A stretch of DNA of 64,000 nucleotides from Bacteroidota bacterium (lineage in GTDB: Bacteria; Bacteroidota; Bacteroidia; Bacteroidales; JAHJDW01), in the NCBI GenBank assembly GCA_043800975.1, contig JAZDMK010000325.1, forward strand, positions 4,001 to 68,000, given 5' to 3'. The notes under the pieces were generated by a model. The model saw only the letters and a list, made by a program, of their open reading frames with translations. It did no database searches and was not told where the DNA came from. Shown piece after piece: positions 22,922 to 31,996 of this stretch (positions are counted from its first letter, which is position 1; each line of letters begins with the position of its first letter). The position numbers were made by a program, and so were the translations under genes.

Positions 22922-24940
22922 ATGACTCGTCAGGAAGCTGAAGCTAAATTAAACATCACTTTTGGTCTCGAAAGATTTTATAATAATCAATGGGAAGCGA
23001 TTGAAAAAATTCTGAAAGGGGAGCATGTACTTTTAATCGAAAAAACAGGCTTTGGCAAATCTTTATGTTTTCAATTTCCGGCTACTCTCTTCAGTGGTAC
23101 TACCATTATTTTTTCTCCATTGATCGCTCTTATGAGGGATCAGGTTAAAAAACTTAATAACCTTGGAATAGACGCAAGGTGCATCAACAGTGAACAAACG
23201 CCTGAAGAAAACACTCGTATTATCAATGATGCAGTAGAAGGGAAAATAAAAATTTTATACATAGCGCCGGAACGACAGGAAAATACTGAATGGTTTGAAG
23301 CTACCCGAAAGATGAAACTTTCGATGGTCGTCGTGGACGAAGCACATTGTATATCCGTCTGGGGGCATGACTTCAGACCTGCATTTAAAAGAATCATTTC
23401 ATTAGTCAATCTGCTGCCCCGCGAGTTGCCTGTGCTTGCTACAACAGCAACAGCCACAAAAAAAGTAGAAGCCGATATTGCTGCGCAAATGGGCAGTAAT
23501 CTTACAATAATCCGGGGAAACCTGATGCGCCCCAATTTCAGGCTTTATGTAGCTCAGGTAAAATCAGAAGATGAGAAAATGATCTGGTTGGGTCAACACA
23601 TTCCAAAACTATCCGGATCCGGTGTGCTTTATACAGGTACACGTGTAGATACAGAGATTTATTCAAAATGGTTTGAATATCTTGGTATTTCAGCTGTTGG
23701 TTATAATGCTGGTTTAGACGCCGATTCGCGTATCGATATTGAAAACGGTCTGATGTCAAACAAATGGAAGTGTGTTATCTCAACCAATGCATTGGGTATG
23801 GGTATTGATAAACCGGATATACGATTTATTATACATACCCAGATACCTCAGTCTCCGGTTCATTATTATCAGGAAATAGGCCGTGCGGGCCGTGATGGAA
23901 ACCCGGCATTTGTCATTCTGTTTTATAATCCCAAAGACAAAACATTGCCCGAGGCTTTTATTGAAAGTGGAAGGCCTTCCGTTGCTAAATATGAAAAAGT
24001 AATTCAGGCTTGTAGAAACGAAATGTTGGGCGAACGTGAACTTATGCGCAAAACAAATCTGAAGCAAACTCAGATCAGGGTAATCAAAGCCGACCTGATC
24101 GAACAAAAAATTCTAAGGGAAGTTACATCAGGGGGGCATAAAAAACTTGAGTATATCACAAACGCTCCTGCATTAAACACCAAAGCATTTGAAGAATTAA
24201 AAACCATCAAGACAGCTGACCTTGATAAAATGATCGGGTATGTAAATACAACTTCTTCCCGCATGAAATACCTGTGCGACTTTCTGGGAGATTCTTCCGA
24301 AATGGATTTTAAAAATTGTGACAACACCGGAATGAAAAAAATAATTATTGAGGATTCTCCCGAGTGGACACAGAAACTGAGCGACTACAGAGAAAATTAT
24401 TTTCCGCTTCTTGAAGTTGAAAAGCCGGAACTCAATCTTGTAAACGGTGTAGCAGCCTCGTATTATGGATTTTCAAATGTGGGTACTGTGTTGCATCGTT
24501 GTAAATATGAAAACGGAGGTGACTTTCCGGATTTCCTTATAAAACTGACATTAAAAGCATTTCGAAAAAAGTTCGGGAATGAAATTTTTGATCTCGTTCT
24601 GTATGTCCCTCCTACTAAGTCCGGCGAGCTTGTTAAAAATTTTGCTGTAAAGATTGCCGGTGTTTTGAAATTTCCCCTCTCGCATAAGTTATCAAAACAA
24701 AGACCTACCAGCGAACAAAAGATTTTCGAAAACGCAATTCTGAAAACTGACAATGTTAAGGATGCATTTGTTTTTGAGAATCCTGCTGAAATTACCGGAA
24801 AAAATATACTTCTTATTGATGATATTTTCGACAGCGGTGCAACCGTGAAGGAAATTGGAAAATATTTAACTACTTTAGGGGCGTTAAAAATTGCACCTTT
24901 AATTATTGCCCGCACTGTAGGAGGAGATTTGAATGACTAA
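22922..24940 (+). CDS. RecQ-family helicase fused to a ComF-like phosphoribosyltransferase domain (PsyrT/ShosT-like toxin)
   Basis: GFGKSLCFQ (Walker A), VVDEAHCISVWGHDFRPAF (DEAH), YYQEIGRAGRDG (motif VI). C-terminal PRTase signature ILLIDDIFDSGATVKE. Confidence 0.8.
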   Translation: MTRQEAEAKLNITFGLERFYNNQWEAIEKILKGEHVLLIEKTGFGKSLCFQFPATLFSGTTIIFSPLIALMRDQVKKLNNLGIDARCINSEQTPEENTRIINDAVEGKIKILYIAPERQENTEWFEATRKMKLSMVVVDEAHCISVWGHDFRPAFKRIISLVNLLPRELPVLATTATATKKVEADIAAQMGSNLTIIRGNLMRPNFRLYVAQVKSEDEKMIWLGQHIPKLSGSGVLYTGTRVDTEIYSKWFEYLGISAVGYNAGLDADSRIDIENGLMSNKWKCVISTNALGMGIDKPDIRFIIHTQIPQSPVHYYQEIGRAGRDGNPAFVILFYNPKDKTLPEAFIESGRPSVAKYEKVIQACRNEMLGERELMRKTNLKQTQIRVIKADLIEQKILREVTSGGHKKLEYITNAPALNTKAFEELKTIKTADLDKMIGYVNTTSSRMKYLCDFLGDSSEMDFKNCDNTGMKKIIIEDSPEWTQKLSDYRENYFPLLEVEKPELNLVNGVAASYYGFSNVGTVLHRCKYENGGDFPDFLIKLTLKAFRKKFGNEIFDLVLYVPPTKSGELVKNFAVKIAGVLKFPLSHKLSKQRPTSEQKIFENAILKTDNVKDAFVFENPAEITGKNILLIDDIFDSGATVKEIGKYLTTLGALKIAPLIIARTVGGDLND

Positions 24941-26072
24941 CGAAGCTGCATACTGGATTGCCCTTGCCCATCTTCCACGATGGGGTCATGCTAAGATTAA
25001 TAATCTTATTATTAAATTTTATCATGATAATAAAATCAGTCCGGCCGATTTTTTTCATCTCAGCGATGAAGAATGGAGCAAGAATTATCAGCTCGATTTT
25101 CGGGATATTAATCAATTGAAGGAAGCGCGTGAAGACCTGCCTAATCTTGCTTTTCTTTCCGAGAAAATGCAAAGCGAGGGTTACGAAATAATTCCTATTA
25201 CTTCGCCTGAATATTCGGCAAACCTGAAAGAGAATCTTAAAATTGCACATGCACCGGCTCTTATTTATGTAAAGGGAAATCGTGAAATACTGCTCGAAAA
25301 GTCTATTGCTATTGTAGGTTCACGAAACGCTACAGAACTATCGCTTAAATTCACCGATAACATTGCGCAGCTTGCAAGCAAAGAATACAAAGTTGTTGTC
25401 AGTGGTTTTGCAAAAGGAGTCGATAAACAGGCGCTCGATTCTGCTATCACCTACAAAGGTCAGAGCATCATTGTACTTCCGCAGGGTATTATGACTTTCA
25501 GCAGTGGCTTTAATAAATACTACCGCCAAATTGTAGATGGTGACGTACTTGTATTAAGCACCTTTTTCCCGAAAGCCCCCTGGAAAGCTGAATTGGCGAT
25601 GGCCCGAAATCCGATTATCTATGGCCTGGCTCATGAAATCTATGTGGCTGAATCTTCCGACAAAGGAGGTACATGGTCGGGTGTGATGGATGGATTGAGG
25701 AAGAACAGAAAAATATTTGTGCGAAAACCGGAGAATTTCGAGAATAATGCAAACAATCTTTTAATCTCTAAAGGCGCTGTTCCGGTCGACTTCAACGGAA
25801 ACACTTTGTCGGGATATAGTTCCGGCGATGTACAAACAACTTTACCACTTGCAGGAGAACCTGAAATATCGTACGAGAATAAAATTCTGGAAGTATTAAA
25901 AACAGGATCTTTTCCGGTGAAGGAAATTATTAAAAAGCTAAATCTTAACTGGACCGATCATCAAATGCGTAAATTTCTTAAGTCGCAAAAAGATGTGGAA
26001 GAAATTAAAAAGAAAACAATCCACTACACCTATAAAACCAATATCCCGATTCAGCCTACATTATTTGATTAG
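24933..26072 (+). CDS. DprA/Smf-like Rossmann-fold protein (PsyrA/ShosA-like antitoxin)
   Basis: 8-nt overlap with the upstream gene. SIAIVGSRNATELSLKFT...VVVSGFAKGVDKQALDSAI...IIVLPQGI matches the DprA core pattern. Confidence 0.75.
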   Translation: MTNEAAYWIALAHLPRWGHAKINNLIIKFYHDNKISPADFFHLSDEEWSKNYQLDFRDINQLKEAREDLPNLAFLSEKMQSEGYEIIPITSPEYSANLKENLKIAHAPALIYVKGNREILLEKSIAIVGSRNATELSLKFTDNIAQLASKEYKVVVSGFAKGVDKQALDSAITYKGQSIIVLPQGIMTFSSGFNKYYRQIVDGDVLVLSTFFPKAPWKAELAMARNPIIYGLAHEIYVAESSDKGGTWSGVMDGLRKNRKIFVRKPENFENNANNLLISKGAVPVDFNGNTLSGYSSGDVQTTLPLAGEPEISYENKILEVLKTGSFPVKEIIKKLNLNWTDHQMRKFLKSQKDVEEIKKKTIHYTYKTNIPIQPTLFD

Positions 26073-26093
26073 CAACCAACTCAACGAACCCCA

Positions 26094-26432
26094 ATGAGTA
26101 ACCCCTCCGATATCTCCACCCTCACCGCAGCCCTCATCCAATTCCGCAACGAACGCGACTGGGAACAGTTCCATAATTCAAAGGATCTCGCGCTCGCCAT
26201 TTCTATCGAAGCAGCCGAGCTGCTGGAATGCTTTCTGTGGAAAGGGAATGAAGAAGCCGACAAAGAAAAGATCAAAGAAGAACTGGCCGATATTTTTGCA
26301 TTTGCATTTCTGCTGGCTGATAAACACAAGTTGGATGTGAAAGAAATTGTGCTGGATAAAATCAAACGCAACTCCGAGAAGTACCCTGTTGATAAGGCAA
26401 AGGGAACGGCGAAGAAATATGATGAACTATGA
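26094..26432 (+). CDS. MazG-like nucleotide pyrophosphohydrolase
   Basis: FRNERDWEQFHNSKDLALAISIEAAELLECFLWK and EELADIFAFAFLLA are typical of small all-alpha MazG/dCTPase-type NTP-PPases. Confidence 0.7.
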   Translation: MSNPSDISTLTAALIQFRNERDWEQFHNSKDLALAISIEAAELLECFLWKGNEEADKEKIKEELADIFAFAFLLADKHKLDVKEIVLDKIKRNSEKYPVDKAKGTAKKYDEL

Positions 26433-28141
26433 TTGACTCCATAAATAGTCAGGAATTTAGAATTTCAAATTACCCATTTACGGATGATGTACTTGAGGTA
26501 ATCAGGAAAGATAGTCAGGTGCGTGAAACCTGGCCATTGGTTTATATAATTAAGGATGACATTCTAAACGAAGCCTATGTTGGAGAAACCACCAATGTAA
26601 TTTCCAGAATGTACAATCATCTTACTAATAGAGACAGAAAGAAATTAAAACATCTTCATTTAATAACTTGTAATGTTTTCAATAAGTCTGCTACACTTGA
26701 TATTGAGGCAAATCTGATTAAGTATATTGCTGCCGACGGTAAATACAAATTGCAAAATGGCAATGCCGGTCTAGCAATGCATGAGTTCTATCAAAAAAAA
26801 CAATACGAGGACTTATTTCAAAAAATCTGGACAGAATTACAACAACGAAAAATCACCCAGAAAAATATTTCAGAAATTAACAACTCTGATCTGTTTAAAT
26901 TTTCGCCATACAAGACGTTAAGTACTGATCAGCAGATCGCAATTTTTGAAATAGTAAATATTTTAAGCAAGCATACTGAGGGGACTTTGTTTGTTGAAGG
27001 CAGCGCGGGCACTGGCAAAACTATACTCGCTATTTATCTTATTAAATTATTACTTAGTGATATTGATGAGTATGTGCTGGATGAATTTGATTCTGTTGAT
27101 AGAGATCAGGTGGAACTGTTCCTGAGTATAAAGAAAAAATACCCTAACCCGAAAATTGCATTTGTCGTCCCAATGAAGTCTCTCAGGAAAACACTACAAA
27201 ATGTTTTTAATAATATCAAAGGGCTAAGTTCAAAAATGATAATAAGCCCTTTTAGTGTTACAAAAATGGATTATGATATTTTAATTGTTGATGAAGCGCA
27301 CAGGCTCAAGAGAAAAGTCAACCTCTCGAGCCCTGGTGAATATTTACTGTTTGATAAAAACAACGAGAAGCTTAATCTCGATAAGTCTTGTACACAACTA
27401 GACTGGGTTATAAAACAAAGTAAATATCAGATATTGTTTTATGATGAAATGCAATCAATAAAGCCTACCGATGTGCGCGCAACTGATTTTAATAATCTGT
27501 TTAATAAACCTGAAGTAAAGCAAGTAAAACTAAAATCCCAGTTTCGTGTTAAAGGTGGTGCAGACTACATGACATATATTGATGATCTTTTAAGCTGCCG
27601 GCTGACTGACAGAACTAAGTTGTACGAATCATCTGAATATGAATTAATCCTTTATGAAAAAATAGGAGATTTGGTTTCATCAATCGATAAAAAGAACACT
27701 GAAAATGGATTGTCACGGTTGGTTGCTGGTTATGCATGGGAATGGAAGTCAAGGAATAATGACGTTTGTGATATTGAGATCGAAGATCTAAAGTTTAAAT
27801 GGAATATTACTGATACTGACTGGATAAATTCTGTGTCATCAGGTGCGGTAAGTGCTGAAGTTGGTTGCATACATACTACACAGGGTTATGATTTAAACTA
27901 TACTGGTGTGATATTCGGAAACGAAATTTCATATGACATAGAAAAAAACGAAATAGTGATTAATCAGAAGAGTTATTTTGATACAAAAGGGAAAAACTCA
28001 ATTAAGGATCCGGCTGAATTGAAGAGGTACATAATTAATATTTATAAAACACTTTTGATGCGTGGGATAAATGGAACCTTCATTTATGTTTGTGATAAAA
28101 ATTTACTGGACTATTTTAAGAAACACATAAAAGCATTTTAA
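26429..28141 (+). CDS. GIY-YIG nuclease domain fused to a DUF2075-type P-loop NTPase (Schlafen-helicase-like)
   Basis: ATGA overlap with mazG-like gene. VYIIKDD...EAYVGETTNVISRMYNH (GIY-YIG-like), EGSAGTGKTILAIYL (Walker A), ILIVDEAHRL (Walker B). The C-terminal GCIHTTQGYDLNYTGVIFG is typical of DUF2075. Confidence 0.65.
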   Translation: MIDSINSQEFRISNYPFTDDVLEVIRKDSQVRETWPLVYIIKDDILNEAYVGETTNVISRMYNHLTNRDRKKLKHLHLITCNVFNKSATLDIEANLIKYIAADGKYKLQNGNAGLAMHEFYQKKQYEDLFQKIWTELQQRKITQKNISEINNSDLFKFSPYKTLSTDQQIAIFEIVNILSKHTEGTLFVEGSAGTGKTILAIYLIKLLLSDIDEYVLDEFDSVDRDQVELFLSIKKKYPNPKIAFVVPMKSLRKTLQNVFNNIKGLSSKMIISPFSVTKMDYDILIVDEAHRLKRKVNLSSPGEYLLFDKNNEKLNLDKSCTQLDWVIKQSKYQILFYDEMQSIKPTDVRATDFNNLFNKPEVKQVKLKSQFRVKGGADYMTYIDDLLSCRLTDRTKLYESSEYELILYEKIGDLVSSIDKKNTENGLSRLVAGYAWEWKSRNNDVCDIEIEDLKFKWNITDTDWINSVSSGAVSAEVGCIHTTQGYDLNYTGVIFGNEISYDIEKNEIVINQKSYFDTKGKNSIKDPAELKRYIINIYKTLLMRGINGTFIYVCDKNLLDYFKKHIKAF

Positions 28142-28370
28142 TGACAAGCGACATTGAAGGATGTTATGTGTGCTTTACAGTTAAAGCAGCGGAGAATTTT
28201 TTTTGGGATAGGTTGATTAAGACATAAGCATATTTGGTACATATCTAATCCCTCAAAATTCGAATTTTTAAAAGAAAAAAGTTATTGTTTTTTTCGAAGA
28301 AAAATATGCATTTGTGTTAAACAATGGGTATAATTTTGTAGTTTCGCATACGAAACCAAAATAATATACC

Positions 28371-29798
28371 ATGCTATCAGTCAAGGAAACTGCAGAAATA
28401 AAGGGTGTAAGCGAACAGTACATTCGCAGGCTTATAAAAAATAATGAAATACCAGCCGACAGGGTTGGTAAAACATGGTTAATTGATGAAGCTTTTCTTG
28501 ATACTATGGAAAATGGTGGTGAGAAGCAACAAAAAAAATTAAAAATTGATGATGTAGTTTCAAAGAAAACCCCATCTGATAAGAAATTAAATGTTTTGTC
28601 TTTCTTCACTGGTGCTATGGGTCTTGACCTTGGTTTAGAAAAAGCAGGTTTAAATGTGTTACTTGCTTGTGAAATTGATACACCTATCAGGAACACTATC
28701 GTTTCAAACGATACTAAGGTTGGGCTTATTGGTGATGTAAGAAGCTATACTTCTTCTGAAATTCTTCATTATGCAAATGTAAAATCAAAAAAACAAGTTG
28801 ATGTCATAGTTGGAGGGCCACCTTGTCAGGCATTCTCAACAGCAGGTAAAAGAATGGGCTTTGAAGATGAAAGGGGAAATGTCTTCCTGCGGTTTATTGA
28901 AGTCATTTCTGATATCAAACCTAAATATGCAGTTATTGAAAATGTTCGTGGTTTACTATCATCAAAATTAACAATCGATATTGATGATGACATTGTAAAA
29001 AAAATGGATTTTAATCCTAAAGAAACACCTGGTTCAACACTTTATTATATTACTAAAAAATTGGAAAAGGCTGGGTATAAAGTTACTTTTAACCTTTATA
29101 ATACTGCAAATTTTGGAGTGCCACAAATTCGTGAACGTGTTGTAATTGTATGTACTCTTGGTGCAAAACCAGTACCTTTCCTAAAGCCAACACATTCAGA
29201 AAATCCAAATCACAAGCTTAAACACTGGGTTACTTTTAAAGAAGCTGTTACTGGAATGAAAGAATCTGATATGCATTACATACCTTTTAGTGCTAAAAGA
29301 TTAAAATATATTGAAATGCTAAAGCCAGGTCAAAATTGGCGCGATCTTCCAGTAGATATTCAACCTGAGGCAATGGGAGGCAGTTTCTTTTTAGGTGGAG
29401 GTAAAACAGGATTTTATCGTCGACTTTCCTGGGACAGACCTGCTCCAACAATAGTTACACATCCAGCAATGCCAGCAACTGAGCTTGCCCATCCAACAAA
29501 ATCACGACCTCTGTCAGTTGAAGAATATAAAAGAGTTCAACAATTTCCCGATAATTGGTCTATACAGGGTAGCATAGTTGAACAATATCGACAGATTGGT
29601 AATGCAGTCCCGGTAGGCTTGGGTAAAGCTATTGGTCTTTCCATTATTAATCATAGTTCAGGAAAAGATGTAAAAGCGATTAACGACTTTCCTTATTCAC
29701 GATACAAGAATACTTCAAGTGAAAACTTTTTTTCAACGTTATACCTACCTCCAAAAAAAGAAAGAAAACCAACAAATCAATTAACGCTGCAGTTTTAG
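28371..29798 (+). CDS. DNA (cytosine-5)-methyltransferase with N-terminal excisionase/MerR-type HTH
   Basis: HTH LSVKETAEIKGVSEQYIRRLIKNNEIPADRVGKTWLI. Motif I FFTGAMGLDLG, motif IV GGPPCQAFSTAG, motif VI ENV, motif X QIGNAVP. Confidence 0.9.
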   Translation: MLSVKETAEIKGVSEQYIRRLIKNNEIPADRVGKTWLIDEAFLDTMENGGEKQQKKLKIDDVVSKKTPSDKKLNVLSFFTGAMGLDLGLEKAGLNVLLACEIDTPIRNTIVSNDTKVGLIGDVRSYTSSEILHYANVKSKKQVDVIVGGPPCQAFSTAGKRMGFEDERGNVFLRFIEVISDIKPKYAVIENVRGLLSSKLTIDIDDDIVKKMDFNPKETPGSTLYYITKKLEKAGYKVTFNLYNTANFGVPQIRERVVIVCTLGAKPVPFLKPTHSENPNHKLKHWVTFKEAVTGMKESDMHYIPFSAKRLKYIEMLKPGQNWRDLPVDIQPEAMGGSFFLGGGKTGFYRRLSWDRPAPTIVTHPAMPATELAHPTKSRPLSVEEYKRVQQFPDNWSIQGSIVEQYRQIGNAVPVGLGKAIGLSIINHSSGKDVKAINDFPYSRYKNTSSENFFSTLYLPPKKERKPTNQLTLQF

Positions 29799-29856
29799 TT
29801 CACACGTAAACTGAATTATTAAAAAAAGTCTATATTTGGAACTATAAATTTATTTT

Positions 29857-30579
29857 ATGGCCACCAAATTTGAAATTATTGACTTTAGTATTCCCAATGC
29901 TATAAAATTTGCTAAAGTTTTCGCAGCTGAGAAATACACAGAAGATCTTGAAATAGTTTTAAGAAATGCTCTTGCTGATCAAAGACGTATTCCATCTGTA
30001 AAAATAAGAGGTACTAATCCGGTAACTATTGAGGAATACATGAATAAGTGGGTTCGAGCTTACTTAAATGGATATGAAAATCGACCCTCAGTTAGAACAG
30101 GAAACCCATCTGCTACTATACCAGATGAAATTGTTGAAATTATTTCTCATATTCGGCTTCCGAACTTGTCTGATAATGAAGTTCAAAATATGTCTTTAGG
30201 GCATTCATTGTTTATGACTGTAGAAAACCTTATCGGAGATATTCTTGAAGAATATTTATCTGTAAAGCTAAAACCGAATGGCTGGTATTGCGCTTGGGGA
30301 AGTACTATAGATGCTGTAGATTTTTGCCAGCGTGATGGCACATTGTTGCAAATTAAGAATAGTGACAACTCTGAAAACAGCTCTTCTAGCAGGGTACGCC
30401 AAGGAACAGATATTAAAAAATGGCATCGTCGCAAATCTACCGCTGGTCTTTTTATTTGGGAAATATTGGTTGAGATGACAGGTGTTTTAACATTGTCAGA
30501 AGAAGATTTTAGATCTTTTGCAACAGATTTAGTGAGAAACAACCCTAACTGTATTTATATACCAAATACTCCAGTTTAA
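29857..30579 (+). CDS. Putative Type II restriction endonuclease cognate to the m5C methyltransferase
   Basis: Lies 58 nt downstream of the methyltransferase gene on the same strand. 240 aa. Possible PD-(D/E)xK-like element IDAVDFCQRDGTLLQIKN. The family was not identified. Confidence 0.45.
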   Translation: MATKFEIIDFSIPNAIKFAKVFAAEKYTEDLEIVLRNALADQRRIPSVKIRGTNPVTIEEYMNKWVRAYLNGYENRPSVRTGNPSATIPDEIVEIISHIRLPNLSDNEVQNMSLGHSLFMTVENLIGDILEEYLSVKLKPNGWYCAWGSTIDAVDFCQRDGTLLQIKNSDNSENSSSSRVRQGTDIKKWHRRKSTAGLFIWEILVEMTGVLTLSEEDFRSFATDLVRNNPNCIYIPNTPV

Positions 30580-30687
30580 CATAATGAAACAAGAACAAGT
30601 AGCATTTCATAACCATACTATTCTCATAAAGTACATTTATAATTTTTACTCTTGCAGAATCGAAAAACAAAATTGCAAGCAAATGGA

Positions 30688-30723
30688 TTCGATCATTTTG
30701 CCGACATCGGGAAAATGATCGAA
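30688..30723. promoter_or_regulatory. Perfect 12-bp inverted repeat TTCGATCATTTT-N12-AAAATGATCGAA
   Basis: Read directly from the sequence. The loop contains a nested CCGA..TCGG. No T-tract follows. Confidence 0.6.
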
Positions 30724-30775
30724 CGGGTTATGGATGCAAATTTTTACGAATTCGCTTAATGAAGAAGAAGACTAA

Positions 30776-31405
30776 ATGAAACCCATTTTAGAATTCATAA
30801 ATTTTCTTGAATCGTTCAGGTTACAAAACCCTGATACTTCTGAAAATTTGTATTCTTTGGATTCATCTGAAGGTTTAATTAGGCGGCATAACCTGAAAAC
30901 CTATCTTTCAAAAATGCTTTCTATCAAACCGGAAATAATGTTGCTTGGTGAAGCACCCGGATATAAAGGATGCCGTCTTTCAGGCATTCCCTTCACGAGT
31001 GAAAGATTATTAAAAACAAATGCATTCTTCTGTAATGAACCTTATGAAATAATTAATAGCAAACCCGAGAGCGAGCAGTCGGCTACCATTGTCTGGGGTG
31101 CATTAAATCAATATGAAAAGATGCCACTGATATGGAATATTTATCCCTTTCATCCGCACAAAGAAAATGATCTGAAAAGCAATCGTACGCCCTCTGAAAA
31201 AGAATTAGACGACGGAGTAAGAATATTAAAAGAACTGCTTACAATTTTCAGCATAAAACAATTTATTGCCATAGGAAGAAAAGCCGAGATAAAGCTCAAA
31301 GAAAACGGATATGATTGCACCTACGTCAGGCATCCGGCCAATGGCGGGAAAAGAGAATTTGTTGAAGGATTGAATAGATGTTTAAGAATAAAAATTGAAA
31401 TTTAA
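30776..31405 (+). CDS. Uracil-DNA glycosylase superfamily protein (family 4/5-like motifs, no Fe-S cysteines seen)
   Basis: Motif A LLGEAPGYKGCRLSGIPFTSE and motif B-like YVRHPANGG. Confidence 0.6.
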   Translation: MKPILEFINFLESFRLQNPDTSENLYSLDSSEGLIRRHNLKTYLSKMLSIKPEIMLLGEAPGYKGCRLSGIPFTSERLLKTNAFFCNEPYEIINSKPESEQSATIVWGALNQYEKMPLIWNIYPFHPHKENDLKSNRTPSEKELDDGVRILKELLTIFSIKQFIAIGRKAEIKLKENGYDCTYVRHPANGGKREFVEGLNRCLRIKIEI

Positions 31406-31986
31406 TGAAACCCGATCCAATCGCCTCCACCCACAACCTGTCCGCCAGCTTCATTTCGCCCATTGCAGGAAGAACAATTGAAGGAATTGAAAAGTATGTA
31501 GGAAAGGTATATCCAATTGAAAAATATCCCGGCAAAGCATTCATCGTGGAATTTGAAAGATATGCAGAACCTAACCCTTCGGAGATTTGGAAGGTGGATC
31601 GATCGTTTTTCATCAACTGCAAAAAACAATTGTGGGTGCATGTTGATTTCAGAAAATACCGTTCAGCCTATATTGAAACATTTCCGGAATATGAAATCAC
31701 CCGGAATATTTTTATCGATCATCTGATGAACCGGAGGCTTGCCCGTGTATTTAATTATCCCTACATACGCCTTGTGCATGTGGATGCCGATGTGAACACA
31801 AGCAGTGGTGTGGGGCAGGAAGATTTATCAATCACCGGTCACGATCGTGTGGAAGAAGTAAGAAAAGAACAGCAGCATCAGCAAATACAATACGCCGATC
31901 CTTTTGATATTTCAAAGATGTTAAACATGAAAACGGGGTCGCAGCCTTTTGAAGATGTGATTGATTTGATGCCGCATTTGTATTAA
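31405..31986 (+). CDS. Hypothetical protein (193 aa), coupled to the UDG-like gene
   Basis: TAATG 1-nt overlap with the upstream gene. No recognisable motifs. Confidence 0.5.
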   Translation: MKPDPIASTHNLSASFISPIAGRTIEGIEKYVGKVYPIEKYPGKAFIVEFERYAEPNPSEIWKVDRSFFINCKKQLWVHVDFRKYRSAYIETFPEYEITRNIFIDHLMNRRLARVFNYPYIRLVHVDADVNTSSGVGQEDLSITGHDRVEEVRKEQQHQQIQYADPFDISKMLNMKTGSQPFEDVIDLMPHLY

Positions 31987-31996
31987 ATTTATTATT

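Noticed and set aside
28268-28696. Minus-strand ORF 28268..28696 (142 aa).
   Set aside because: It is antisense to the 5' part of the well-supported m5C methyltransferase gene and its promoter region.
28371-30579. Tried to infer R-M specificity from depletion of GGWCC/GGNCC sites.
   Set aside because: Several GGACC/GGTCC sites are visible across the window (for example near 6340, 13240 and 17960). I cannot compute expected frequencies by eye, so no conclusion is possible.
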